Source: Thermoanaerobaculia bacterium (lineage in GTDB: Bacteria; Acidobacteriota; Thermoanaerobaculia; UBA5066; Gp7-AA6). Taken from it: 41,991 nucleotides of DNA. How positions within the stretch are numbered: position 1 is the stretch's first letter; each line of letters begins with the position of its first letter. Of the stretch, positions 8,774 to 17,280 are shown in pieces. The notes beneath the pieces are model-generated. The model made no database searches and was not told the DNA's origin. It worked only from the letters and a program-made list of their open reading frames with translations. The DNA is taken from NCBI GenBank assembly GCA_035469365.1, contig DATIRW010000268.1, positions 1 through 41,991 of the forward strand, in the 5' to 3' direction. A program made the position numbers and the translations under genes.

Positions 8774-9352
8774 CTAGCTCGCGCGCCGTCCCGTCGTCCG
8801 GTTGTGGACTCTGGCGGGAGAGAGACCGACGCTCCAGCTCTCGTCGCCCGCGTCAAGGCTGTTGGCTCCCGCGCGATCGAGAACGCGGCGAGCGGTCGCT
8901 TCCTGCCTGCCGCCGGAGGCGAAGGCGAAGACGACCGAGCGGCCCTTGCGAAGGGCCTCCTCGTAGAAGTAGATCTCGTCCTTGGGCAGGCCCGTCGAGA
9001 GCCTTTCATCCAGAACGCCGCCCGCGATAAAGCCGATCCCGGCTCCGACAATGGCGCAGAGAGCCGCGATGATCCAGGCAGTCAGGCCGAGCGCTCCCAT
9101 TCCTCCTTGCAGGACGGCCGAGAGGCCGAGGGCGAGTGCGAGTCCCACGACTCCTCCAACGACGGCGCCGACCGCTTTTCCCATGCCCGGCTGTTCTGTT
9201 TCGGTCGTGGGAATGGCTGAGTGGATTTCGCGCTCCGGGCTTCCGGGCGTCAGTTGCCGAATTCTTGCCGGCGGCACGCCGGCGTTGACGAGATCTCTGG
9301 TTGCGCGTTGCGCCGCAGCGGGGGAACTGAAAATCCCGACGACAGTTCTCAT
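8774..9352 (-). CDS. Membrane protein with an N-terminal general-stress (YflT/GSP17M-like) domain and Gly-zipper TM segments
   Basis: The start was moved to the ATG at 9352 (MRTVVGIFSS...), which has GGAGG 5 nt upstream. The central region is Gly/Ala-rich and hydrophobic (GAVVGGVVGLALALGL ... GAGIGFIAGGV). Confidence 0.5.
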   Translation of the reverse strand: MRTVVGIFSSPAAAQRATRDLVNAGVPPARIRQLTPGSPEREIHSAIPTTETEQPGMGKAVGAVVGGVVGLALALGLSAVLQGGMGALGLTAWIIAALCAIVGAGIGFIAGGVLDERLSTGLPKDEIYFYEEALRKGRSVVFAFASGGRQEATARRVLDRAGANSLDAGDESWSVGLSPARVHNRTTGRRAS

Positions 9353-9536
9353 GCATGCCTCCAAAACAAGACATTCTGAAAAAAGCAAGAAGCACGCCAG
9401 CGACCAACGCCGGTCGTCAATCTATAGCGCAAGCCAGGGACCGACGGCGAGGTCGTGAAGCCTCGGCAAATCCTCGGCGAACCCTCGGGACTTTGGGCGC
9501 CCTGTTCTCGTATAGACGCGGAAGGAGGAAACGATC

Positions 9537-10025
9537 GTGAGATACCGTTTGACGGTCAACCGGAAGCTCCGCGAGGTCGAGGCCGAGCCGGACACGCCGC
9601 TGCTCTGGGTGCTGCGCGACGGCCTGAATCTGACCGGCACGAAGTACGGCTGCGGCGTCGGCGCCTGCGGGGCTTGCACGGTGCTCGATGGCGGAAAGGC
9701 CGCGCGCTCGTGCCAGATCCCGGTCGAGCTCGCCGCTGGCCGGCGTATCACAACGATCGAGGGCCTCTCGTCCGATGGCGGCCACCCGTGCCAGCGCGCC
9801 TGGCTCGAAGAGGACGTGGCGCAATGCGGTTACTGCCAGTCCGGGATGATCCTGGAGGCTGCGGCGCTCCTTGCGGCAAAGCGCAGGCCGACCGACGAGG
9901 AGATCGACGCGGCTTTCGCCGACCACGTCTGTCGGTGCGGCACCTGGCAGCGTGTGCGGCGGGCGGTGCACAGCACGTCGCGGCTCGCCTCGAAGGGCGC
10001 CACGCCTTCGGAGGGCAGGCAATGA
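9537..10025 (+). CDS. (2Fe-2S)-binding small subunit of a xanthine dehydrogenase/aldehyde oxidase-family molybdo-hydroxylase (IorA-like)
   Basis: 162 aa. Two [2Fe-2S] cysteine clusters (CGVGACGAC, and CGYCQSG with CRCG). GTG start with GGAGG 7 nt upstream. Confidence 0.9.
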   Translation: MRYRLTVNRKLREVEAEPDTPLLWVLRDGLNLTGTKYGCGVGACGACTVLDGGKAARSCQIPVELAAGRRITTIEGLSSDGGHPCQRAWLEEDVAQCGYCQSGMILEAAALLAAKRRPTDEEIDAAFADHVCRCGTWQRVRRAVHSTSRLASKGATPSEGRQ

Positions 10026-12187
10026 GCGCGTCGCGGCGAGACTTCCTGAAGCTGACCGGTCTGGCCGGCGCGGGCCTCGTCGTGCGCGTGCCGTTTCTTG
10101 CAGCGGCGACGCCGGCGGACCCGGGCGCCGAGCCCTTCGCACCAAACCAGTGGCTGCGCGTGGGATCGGACGGGCGCGTGACGCTCGTCGTCGCCCGCAC
10201 GGAAATGGGACAGGGCGTTCGGACGGCACTCTCGATGATCCTGGCCGACGAGCTCGAGGCCGATTGGGCCTCCGTCTCCGTCGAGCAGGCCTCGACCGGT
10301 CCCCTCTACACCGACATGAACACCGGAGGCAGCGACAGTGTCGAGTCCTCCTGGGTGGAGTTGCGGCGTGCCGCGGCATCGGCTCGAACGATGCTCGTCG
10401 CCGCGGCCGCCCGGCGCTGGAACGTCGGGGTCGAGAGCTGCCGGGCCGCGTGCGGATCGGTCGTCCACGTGCCGACGGGTCGCCGGCTCTCCTACGGGAG
10501 CCTGGCGGCGGCCGCGGCCAGACTCCCTGTCCCGAAGGAGCCGGCGCTCAAGGATCCGAAGGACTTTCGCATCGTGGGGAAGCCCGTTCGGCGCGTGGAC
10601 GGGCCGGCCATCGTGACGGGAAAGGCCAGGTACGGCCTCGATACCCGCGTGCCCGGAATGCTGTTTGCAGCCGTCGCGCGATGCCCGGTCGCGGGCGGGA
10701 AGCTCGCGCGCTTCGACGCCGCGAAGGCCAAATCGGTGCCCGGGGTCGTCCGGGTCGTCGAGGTCTCGACCGGAGTGGCTGTCGTGGCACGAAGCACGTG
10801 GTCCGCGCTGTCGGGCCGCGAAGCCCTCGACGTCGCCTGGGACGAGGGCGGGAACGCGGGTTTGACGACGGCGGAGCTCGTGCGGCGCATCGACGCCGCC
10901 GCGGTGTCCGGAAAGCCCCACGTGTCGCGCCGCGAGGGGGACGTCGAGAAGGCGCTCGCCGGGGCGGCCGTCCGGATGACGGCCACCTACCGTGATGGCT
11001 TCCAGGCGCACGCGTCGGTCGAACCGCAGAACGCCATCGCTCGCGTCTCGAGCGGCGCGTGCGAGATCTGGGCTCCCACGCAGAATCCGCAGCGCGTCCA
11101 GCGCGAGGCGGCCAGGCTTCTCGGCATCGCGCCGGAGAAAGTGACCGTGCACGTCACGCTCGTCGGCGGAGGATTCGGACGGCGTCTCGGCGCGGACTAT
11201 GCGGTCGAGGCCGCGGACGTGGCGCGGGCCGCCGGGGCGCCCGTGCAGGTGGTCTGGTCCCGCAAGGACGACTTCGAGCACGACTGGCTGCATCCGGCCG
11301 GGCGCGCGGACCTGGAAGCGGGGCTCGACGGGTCGGGACGCATCGTGGCCTGGAAGCACCGTTTTGCCTCGCTCCACCTCTCGATGTTCGGGGCCTTCGA
11401 CCCCGAGAGTGTCGACCAGCCGGACGTGGATCCCTGGGGCGGCTACGACACTCCCTATGCCGTGCCGAACCTGCTCGCCGAATGGATCGCCGTCGAGTCC
11501 CCGATCCGGACCGGAGCCTGGCGCTCCGTGGAGTACCCGGCCAACGTCTTCGCGCGCGAATCCTTCCTGGACGAGATCGCCCACCGCACGGGGCGCGATC
11601 CGCTCGACCTGCGGCGCGAGCTATTGACGGGCTCCTTCCCCTGGGCCTCGAAGCGCGTGGACCGCTCTCAGCTCGCGGCCGTGCTCGATCTGGCCGCGTC
11701 GAAGGCGGGGTGGGGAAAGCATCTTCCCGACCGCCCGGGCCGGCGCTCGGGACGCGGCGTCGCGTGCAACGTCTACCACGGCCGCACGCTGCTCGCGCAC
11801 GTGGCGGAGGTGTCCGTCGGCGCGGGCGGGGATGTGCGGGTGCACCGCATCGTGACGGCCGCCGATTGCGGGCAGGTCGTCAATCCCCTGGGGGTCCAGG
11901 GCCAGGTCGAGAGCGGCGTGGCATGGGGGCTTTCGTACGCGCTCAAGGGAGGGATCGCCATCGAGAAGGGCCGCGTCGCGCAGGCCAGCTTCCGGGACTT
12001 CCCGGCGCTCGGCATCGCCGAGATGCCGCGAGTCGAGGTCTACACCGTGCCCGGCTCGAATCGCCCGACCGGATTCGGCGAGCAGCCGGTGCCGCCCGTC
12101 GCTCCCGCCGTCGCCAACGCGATCTTTGCCGCGACGGGCCGCAGAGCGCGCTCGCTTCCGATCCGCCCCGCGGACCTCGCGTCCTGA
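10022..12187 (+). CDS. Molybdopterin-binding large subunit (IorB-like) with a Tat signal peptide
   Basis: An internal ATG at 10022 overlaps the small-subunit stop (ATGA). The N-terminus MSASRRDFLKLTGLAGAG is a twin-arginine signal. The aldehyde oxidase/xanthine dehydrogenase a/b hammerhead and MoCo-binding pattern runs throughout. Confidence 0.9.
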   Translation: MSASRRDFLKLTGLAGAGLVVRVPFLAAATPADPGAEPFAPNQWLRVGSDGRVTLVVARTEMGQGVRTALSMILADELEADWASVSVEQASTGPLYTDMNTGGSDSVESSWVELRRAAASARTMLVAAAARRWNVGVESCRAACGSVVHVPTGRRLSYGSLAAAAARLPVPKEPALKDPKDFRIVGKPVRRVDGPAIVTGKARYGLDTRVPGMLFAAVARCPVAGGKLARFDAAKAKSVPGVVRVVEVSTGVAVVARSTWSALSGREALDVAWDEGGNAGLTTAELVRRIDAAAVSGKPHVSRREGDVEKALAGAAVRMTATYRDGFQAHASVEPQNAIARVSSGACEIWAPTQNPQRVQREAARLLGIAPEKVTVHVTLVGGGFGRRLGADYAVEAADVARAAGAPVQVVWSRKDDFEHDWLHPAGRADLEAGLDGSGRIVAWKHRFASLHLSMFGAFDPESVDQPDVDPWGGYDTPYAVPNLLAEWIAVESPIRTGAWRSVEYPANVFARESFLDEIAHRTGRDPLDLRRELLTGSFPWASKRVDRSQLAAVLDLAASKAGWGKHLPDRPGRRSGRGVACNVYHGRTLLAHVAEVSVGAGGDVRVHRIVTAADCGQVVNPLGVQGQVESGVAWGLSYALKGGIAIEKGRVAQASFRDFPALGIAEMPRVEVYTVPGSNRPTGFGEQPVPPVAPAVANAIFAATGRRARSLPIRPADLAS

Positions 12188-12215
12188 GCGGCCCCGGCGG
12201 AACCGGCCAAGTAGT

Positions 12216-14396
12216 CTACGGAGCGTTTTCGATCAGGCGGATGTCGCAGGTGTGCCGGTCGACGCGGGGGTAGACCAGCCAGGAGCCGTCCGGCGCAACC
12301 GAGAACCCCGACCAGCCCTGTTCGGAGAGCAGCGCGAGATGGACTGGCTGCGAGGATCCGAGTGCGAGAAAGACGACCGCGGGCTCCTTGTGCTCGCCGC
12401 AGAGCTCGCGAAAATACAGCCCGTCCGCCCCGACCTCCCAGTTTGCCCAATCCTCCGGCGCGAGCTCCGCGACGACGCGTGACGCCGGGCCGCCGTCCGC
12501 GACCTGCCGCCAGATTCCCGGCTCGCCAGCGCGCGTGAAGTAGAGGGCCCGGCCGTCGGGCGACTCCCTCGCCGCGTACCCGCCGTTGCGCGTGACCGCG
12601 GCCGCGCTGCGGTCGGACATGCGCAGCTTCCAGACCTGCCAGGCACCGGAGCGGCGCGAGGCGAAGTAGATCGACTGCCCATCGCGCGACCAGGAAGGCG
12701 CCACGGCGTCGCCCGGTCCGCTCGTCAGGCGGTCCGGCACTCCTCCGGCGGCCTCCACGACCCAGAGGTCGGCGCGCGTTTCGCGCCGCGCGGAAAAGAC
12801 GAGGCGCCGCCCGTCCGGCGACCAGCGGGGCGTCTCCATTCGGGCGCCCCCGAAGGACGTCAGCTTCTTCGCCGTCCCGCCGTCGCGGCCGGTCAGCCAG
12901 ATCTCCGGGCTGCCCGAGCGGGTCGAGACGAACGCCACGCTGCCGCCGTCGGGAGAAACGGCCGGCTCGAAGTTCCATTCGTCGTTGACGTCGGTCAGAC
13001 GCAGCGGTGCTCGGGGTCGAGGGTCGGGAAGCGGGGACCCGGGCCGGGCCGGGACGCGCCAGAGGTTGACCTCGTAGAGCCAGTTCTCGAACGCGACGGC
13101 GTTCTTCGCGCGCGCGATCGAAGGGTGCTTCATCTTGATGCCGCCGCCGGCGACCCACGTGGGCTCGCCGCCCGAAGCCGGGACGCGCCAGAGGCTGTAG
13201 ATGCCCGCGCGGCTGGAGGAGAAGACGAGACTCTTTCCGTCTTCGGACCACGAGGAGCCCATCGTGTCGCGATTGTCGAATGTCAGGCGCGTCGGCTCCC
13301 CGCCCGCCACCGGGACGCGATACAGATCGTCCACGCCCTCGGTGATATTGCGGGTGAAGGCGAGCGTGCCGCCGCCGGGCGAGAACGCGGGGGAGGAGTC
13401 GCCGAGGATCTCCGCGGGAGGGTGCGTGACACGCCGCCGCTCGAGCGTCTCGGGTGAAAGCAGCTCAAGGGCGAGCGGCCCGCCGTTATAGCGCCGGGAG
13501 AGAGCAAGCCACTTGCCGTCGGGCGACCAGGCGAGCCGCCGGTAATCCCGGTCGGCGCACGGCGCCAGGGGCCGCTCTTCGCCGCCGAGCGCGGAGACGA
13601 GAAGGATGCGACAGTCGCCGGGCGAGGAGCGCGTGAAGGCAAGACGCTGTCCGTCGGGCGACCACGCGGGAGCGCGATCCTCGACGCCGGCGTCTTTCGT
13701 CAGGCGCAGCGGCGCTTCCCCCTCGACGAGCTGGACGTAGAGGCTGTAGTCCTCGCCTGAGCCTCCGTTCCAGGCGAAAGCGACCCGCGTGCCGTCGGGC
13801 GACACCGCGGGGTCGCGCTCGTTGCCGGGCAGCGTCGTGACGGGACGCACTCGCATGGGCCCGACAGCGGAACGGCGGCTGCGGCTCATGGTGATGAGAC
13901 CTGCGGTGAAGAGCCCGGCCAACGCGAGGGCGATGAGAATGGAGACTCCGGCGCTTGGAAACCGCGGCGCCGTGATCCAAGCGCCGGCGGGATTGGTGGC
14001 CGGCTGCGGCAGCGCCGGAACGATTGGCGCGATCAACCGGTAGCCGGACTTTCGGATCGTCTCGATTACCCGTGGCCGGGCGGCATCGTCCTGGAAGGCG
14101 CGCCGGAGCTCGCCCACGGCGCGCGTCAGGACATCCTCGGTGACGAATGCGCCCTGCCAGACGTCACGGAAGAGCTCCTCCTTGGTCACGACCGCGCCCG
14201 GCCGGTCAACCATGCGCAGGAGGACCTGCATGACCTTCGGCTCGAGCTGGAGGGTCCCATCCGGAGTCTCGATGCGATTCAATCCAGGACAAACAAGGCG
14301 ATTCCCGATGCGAAAGTCCACCGGCGAGGGACGGATGGCCCCGGCCTCGGTTTTGGCGCGTTCGCGTGGCTCCAGGCTCATCGGCTCTCTGTCCAT
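12216..14396 (-). CDS. Transmembrane one-component regulator: OmpR/CadC-type winged-helix DNA-binding domain, TM segment, TolB-like (PD40) beta-propeller
   Basis: 726 aa. The N-terminal trans_reg_C pattern is present (LEPKVMQVLLRMVDRPGAVVTKEELFRDVW ... IRKSGYRL). There is one TM segment (VSILIALALAGLFTAGLI). Many repeats of the type SPDG..LAF/VF..R follow. Confidence 0.8.
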   Translation of the reverse strand: MDREPMSLEPRERAKTEAGAIRPSPVDFRIGNRLVCPGLNRIETPDGTLQLEPKVMQVLLRMVDRPGAVVTKEELFRDVWQGAFVTEDVLTRAVGELRRAFQDDAARPRVIETIRKSGYRLIAPIVPALPQPATNPAGAWITAPRFPSAGVSILIALALAGLFTAGLITMSRSRRSAVGPMRVRPVTTLPGNERDPAVSPDGTRVAFAWNGGSGEDYSLYVQLVEGEAPLRLTKDAGVEDRAPAWSPDGQRLAFTRSSPGDCRILLVSALGGEERPLAPCADRDYRRLAWSPDGKWLALSRRYNGGPLALELLSPETLERRRVTHPPAEILGDSSPAFSPGGGTLAFTRNITEGVDDLYRVPVAGGEPTRLTFDNRDTMGSSWSEDGKSLVFSSSRAGIYSLWRVPASGGEPTWVAGGGIKMKHPSIARAKNAVAFENWLYEVNLWRVPARPGSPLPDPRPRAPLRLTDVNDEWNFEPAVSPDGGSVAFVSTRSGSPEIWLTGRDGGTAKKLTSFGGARMETPRWSPDGRRLVFSARRETRADLWVVEAAGGVPDRLTSGPGDAVAPSWSRDGQSIYFASRRSGAWQVWKLRMSDRSAAAVTRNGGYAARESPDGRALYFTRAGEPGIWRQVADGGPASRVVAELAPEDWANWEVGADGLYFRELCGEHKEPAVVFLALGSSQPVHLALLSEQGWSGFSVAPDGSWLVYPRVDRHTCDIRLIENAP

Positions 14397-14460
14397 ACGT
14401 CGCCAACCCTGCGGGGTTGCGCGCGGTTCCCGCGGCGGCTTCCGGTTGCCGCGATGGCTC

Positions 14461-15798
14461 CTATGCCGGCCTGGCCGCGAGCGGAAGAGTCAGGCGGGCA
14501 AGGCAGCCGGAGCGGTCGGTGCGGTTTTCGAGGGAGAGCGTGCCGCCGTGAGCCTCGGCGATCTGGCGGGAGAGGACGAGGCCGATGCCCGAGCCTTCCG
14601 GCTTGGTCGTGAAGAAGGGAACGAAGAGGTTCGCGGTGCTCGTCAGGCCGGGGCCCTCATCGGCGACCCAGACCTCGAGCCGCGGAGCGGGACCGGCGGC
14701 CCGGCGCCACCCGACGTCGACGCCTCCGGAAGTCTCGAGCGCCGCGTCCACGGCGTTGCGGACGAGATTGATGACGGCCTGCTCGAGCTGGTCCGGGTCG
14801 GCGGACAGCGCGAGCCGGGGGCCCGGACAGAGACGCACGGGAAGGCGCGTCTCCAGCCCGACGAGCCGCCGGATTAGGGGATCGATCTCAACTCTCCGGA
14901 ACTTCGGCTGCGGCAGGCGCGCCAGCTTCGCGTAGGCGGTCGTGAACCGCGAGAGGGACTCGGACCGCGACGCGATGACGGCGAGACCCTGGCGCATGTC
15001 CTCGCGCCAGTCCGGCGGGGGGTCTCGCAGGGCGAGAAGCCCGCGCAGGCTCTCGGCGAGCGACTGGATCGGCGCGAGCGAGTTATTGAGCTCGTGCCCC
15101 AGGACGCGGATCAAACGGCGCCAGGCCTGGCGCTCCTCCTCGCGCAGCGGGCGGCTGACGTCGGCGAGCACGAGGAGACGGTGGGGGAGGCCTCCCTGGC
15201 GGAACGCGCTCTTGCGGATCTCCCAGCGGCCCGAGCCGCCCGGAAACGCCGCGTCGAGGATCGGGGGCGCGTCCTCCCGCAGGCACTCGTCGAGCCCGAG
15301 GTCCGCGGCGCTCGCTCCGATCAGCCGCGGCTCCGGCTGCCCGAGCAGGCGCTCGCCGGCGCGGTTGGTCAGCCTCAACCTCCCCGCCTCGTCGAACGCG
15401 AAGACGGCGACGTCGATCTCGGCCATGACGCGCGACAGGAGTGCGGTCGCCTCGAGCGCCTTCAGGCGCTGGTGCTGCAGAGTCTCGGTCAGGGCGTTGA
15501 CCTCGAAGAGGACCTCGCCCAGCGGATCCGCGGCCCTGGCTCCGCGGGCGCGGATGGAGAAGTCTCCCTCCCGCAGCGCGGCGAGCAGGTTCGAGATCGT
15601 TTGCAGCGGGCGCACGAGGCGCTCCCACAGCGACGAGGCGAAGCCGAGCCAGAAGAGGACGATCACGGCCGTCAGCGTCCAGCGGACCTTCGGTGTGAAA
15701 TCGCCGAGCCACAGGAGCAGGAGCGCCACGATGACGGCGGGGAGCGCGGCGAGCGCCGCGAGCATCAGGACGCGGCGGTCGTGCCGGAGAGGCTTCAT
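14461..15798 (-). CDS. Sensor histidine kinase (2 TM with ~9-aa loop, HAMP, PAS-like, HisKA, HATPase_c)
   Basis: 445 aa. H-box LGHELNNSLAPI, N-box LVRNAVDA, G-boxes DEGPGL and GSGIGL. The two N-terminal TM helices are separated only by GDFTPKVRW. It starts directly after the regulator's stop. Confidence 0.85.
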   Translation of the reverse strand: MKPLRHDRRVLMLAALAALPAVIVALLLLWLGDFTPKVRWTLTAVIVLFWLGFASSLWERLVRPLQTISNLLAALREGDFSIRARGARAADPLGEVLFEVNALTETLQHQRLKALEATALLSRVMAEIDVAVFAFDEAGRLRLTNRAGERLLGQPEPRLIGASAADLGLDECLREDAPPILDAAFPGGSGRWEIRKSAFRQGGLPHRLLVLADVSRPLREEERQAWRRLIRVLGHELNNSLAPIQSLAESLRGLLALRDPPPDWREDMRQGLAVIASRSESLSRFTTAYAKLARLPQPKFRRVEIDPLIRRLVGLETRLPVRLCPGPRLALSADPDQLEQAVINLVRNAVDAALETSGGVDVGWRRAAGPAPRLEVWVADEGPGLTSTANLFVPFFTTKPEGSGIGLVLSRQIAEAHGGTLSLENRTDRSGCLARLTLPLAARPA

Positions 15799-17166
15799 TC
15801 ACAACTTCTCGAGCCGGCGGTAGAGGGCGCTGCGGGACAGGCCCAGGGCGCGCGCCGCCTGGCTGACGTTCCCCCCGTAGCGGGCCATCGCCTTCTGGAC
15901 GAGGAGCCTCTCGACGTCCTCCAGGCTCATCTGCTCGAGCGACGGGCCTCCGTCGCCCCCCGCGCGCAGGCCAAGGTCGCGCATCTCGATCGCGTTGCCG
16001 CTCGCCATGAGGGTCGCCCGCTCGACCGCGTGATCGAGCTCACGCACGTTGCCCGGCCAGGGATGGTCGAGCATCGCCTGGAGCGCCGAGGCCTCGAAGC
16101 GCTGGATGTTCTTTCGGTACCGGCGGGCGTGGCGCTGGAGAAAGTGGAGGGCCAGCCCGGGGATGTCCGCTCCGCGCTCGCGCAGCGGGGGGAGGCGGAT
16201 CTCGATCGTGTTCAAACGGAAGAGGAGGTCCTGGCGGAACCGTCCCGCGGCAACTTCCGCATGGATGTCGGCGTTCGTGGCCGAGAGCATCCGTACGTCC
16301 ACCTTCCGTGTGCGCGAGGAGCCCAGGCGCTCGAACTCTCCCGTCTCGAGGACTCTGAGGAGCTTGGCCTGCTGGCTCGCCGGCACGTTGGCGATCTCGT
16401 CCAGGAAGAGCGTGCCCCCGTCGGCCAGCTCGAACCGTCCGACGCGGTCGGCGCGGGCGTCGGTGAACGCGCCCTTGACGTGCCCGAAGAGCTCGCTCTC
16501 GAAGACGCCTTCGGAGATCCCGCCGGCGTTCAGCGTCACGAGCGGCCGGGAAGCGCGGCGCGACGCGGCGTGGAGGGCCCGCGCGACCATCCCTTTCCCG
16601 GTCCCGTTCTCTCCGATGATGAGGACGTTCGCGTCGGAAGGCCCGACCCGCTCGATCATCTCGAGCACGGGGCGCATGGCCGCCGACTGCGCGATCATCT
16701 CCGGCTCTCCGTCCTGGCGCAGGATCCGGTTCTCCGCCTCCAGCCGCTGCCCGCGGCGCAGCGCCCGCCCGAGCGCGATCTGCGTCCGCAGCGTCGTCAG
16801 CAGGCGCGTGTTGTCCCACGGCTTCTGGACGAAGTCGCGAGCCCCGCGCCGCATGGCCTCGACGGCGAGATCTACGGTCCCCCAGGCCGTCATGACGATG
16901 ATCGGCAGCGTCGCGTCGAGCTCGCGGATCCGCGCGAGAAGGTCGAGGCCCTCCTGACCCGACGTGGTATCCCGCGCGTAGTTCAGGTCCATGAGCACCA
17001 CGTCGTAATCCTTCGCCTCGAGCGCGGCGAGGACGCCGGCCGGGGACGTGGCCGTCTCGATCGCGAGGCCTTCGCCCTTGAGCAGGAGGCGCAGCGCCTC
17101 GAGCACGTCGCGCTGGTCGTCGGCGACGAGGACTCGGTCGGGAGAGGCCGTGTCTGACGTCTTCAC
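15799..17166 (-). CDS. Sigma-54-dependent response regulator (NtrC family: REC, AAA+, Fis-type HTH)
   Basis: 455 aa with a GTG start. The REC domain carries DVVLMDLNY. Walker A is GENGTGKG. ESELFGHVKGAFTDA is a variant of the GAFTGA sigma-54 contact loop. The C-terminal HTH is GNVSQAARALGLSRSALYRRL. Confidence 0.9.
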   Translation of the reverse strand: MKTSDTASPDRVLVADDQRDVLEALRLLLKGEGLAIETATSPAGVLAALEAKDYDVVLMDLNYARDTTSGQEGLDLLARIRELDATLPIIVMTAWGTVDLAVEAMRRGARDFVQKPWDNTRLLTTLRTQIALGRALRRGQRLEAENRILRQDGEPEMIAQSAAMRPVLEMIERVGPSDANVLIIGENGTGKGMVARALHAASRRASRPLVTLNAGGISEGVFESELFGHVKGAFTDARADRVGRFELADGGTLFLDEIANVPASQQAKLLRVLETGEFERLGSSRTRKVDVRMLSATNADIHAEVAAGRFRQDLLFRLNTIEIRLPPLRERGADIPGLALHFLQRHARRYRKNIQRFEASALQAMLDHPWPGNVRELDHAVERATLMASGNAIEMRDLGLRAGGDGGPSLEQMSLEDVERLLVQKAMARYGGNVSQAARALGLSRSALYRRLEKL

Positions 17167-17187
17167 AGTCCGGGAGCGGTACTGTCG

Positions 17188-17220
17188 TTACGGCTCAAAG
17201 TGGAAGACTTCATGCCGTAA
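17188..17220. promoter_or_regulatory. Inverted repeat TTACGGC-N19-GCCGTAA in the leader of the response regulator/kinase operon
   Basis: 7-bp perfect arms in the 114-bp gap between the ADOP stop (17281) and the regulator start (17166). Function unknown. Confidence 0.25.
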
Positions 17221-17280
17221 TTTACCGCGGATGGTCCACGGGCCCGCGCGGGGGTCATTCGGCGCGGAGAGCGCGTCATC

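Noticed and set aside
8653-9051. N-terminal 133-codon extension of the DJ-1/PfpI ORF
   Set aside because: The extension is Arg/Ala/Ser-rich, overlaps the neighbouring gene's 3' region and has no homology-like features. An internal ATG with an adjacent GGAGG gives a normal-length DJ-1/PfpI protein.
9455-10021. 189-codon N-terminal extension of the molybdopterin subunit ORF, overlapping the 2Fe-2S subunit gene in another frame
   Set aside because: The Tat signal MSASRRDFLK begins at the ATG at 10022, which overlaps the upstream stop. This is the standard arrangement for these two-subunit enzymes.
9417-11584. Long minus-strand ORFs (9417-10379, 9830-11584) antisense to the molybdo-hydroxylase genes
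   Set aside because: Their composition is Arg/Pro-rich. The plus-strand frames carry unambiguous 2Fe-2S and MoCo subunit motifs, a Tat signal and a Shine-Dalgarno.
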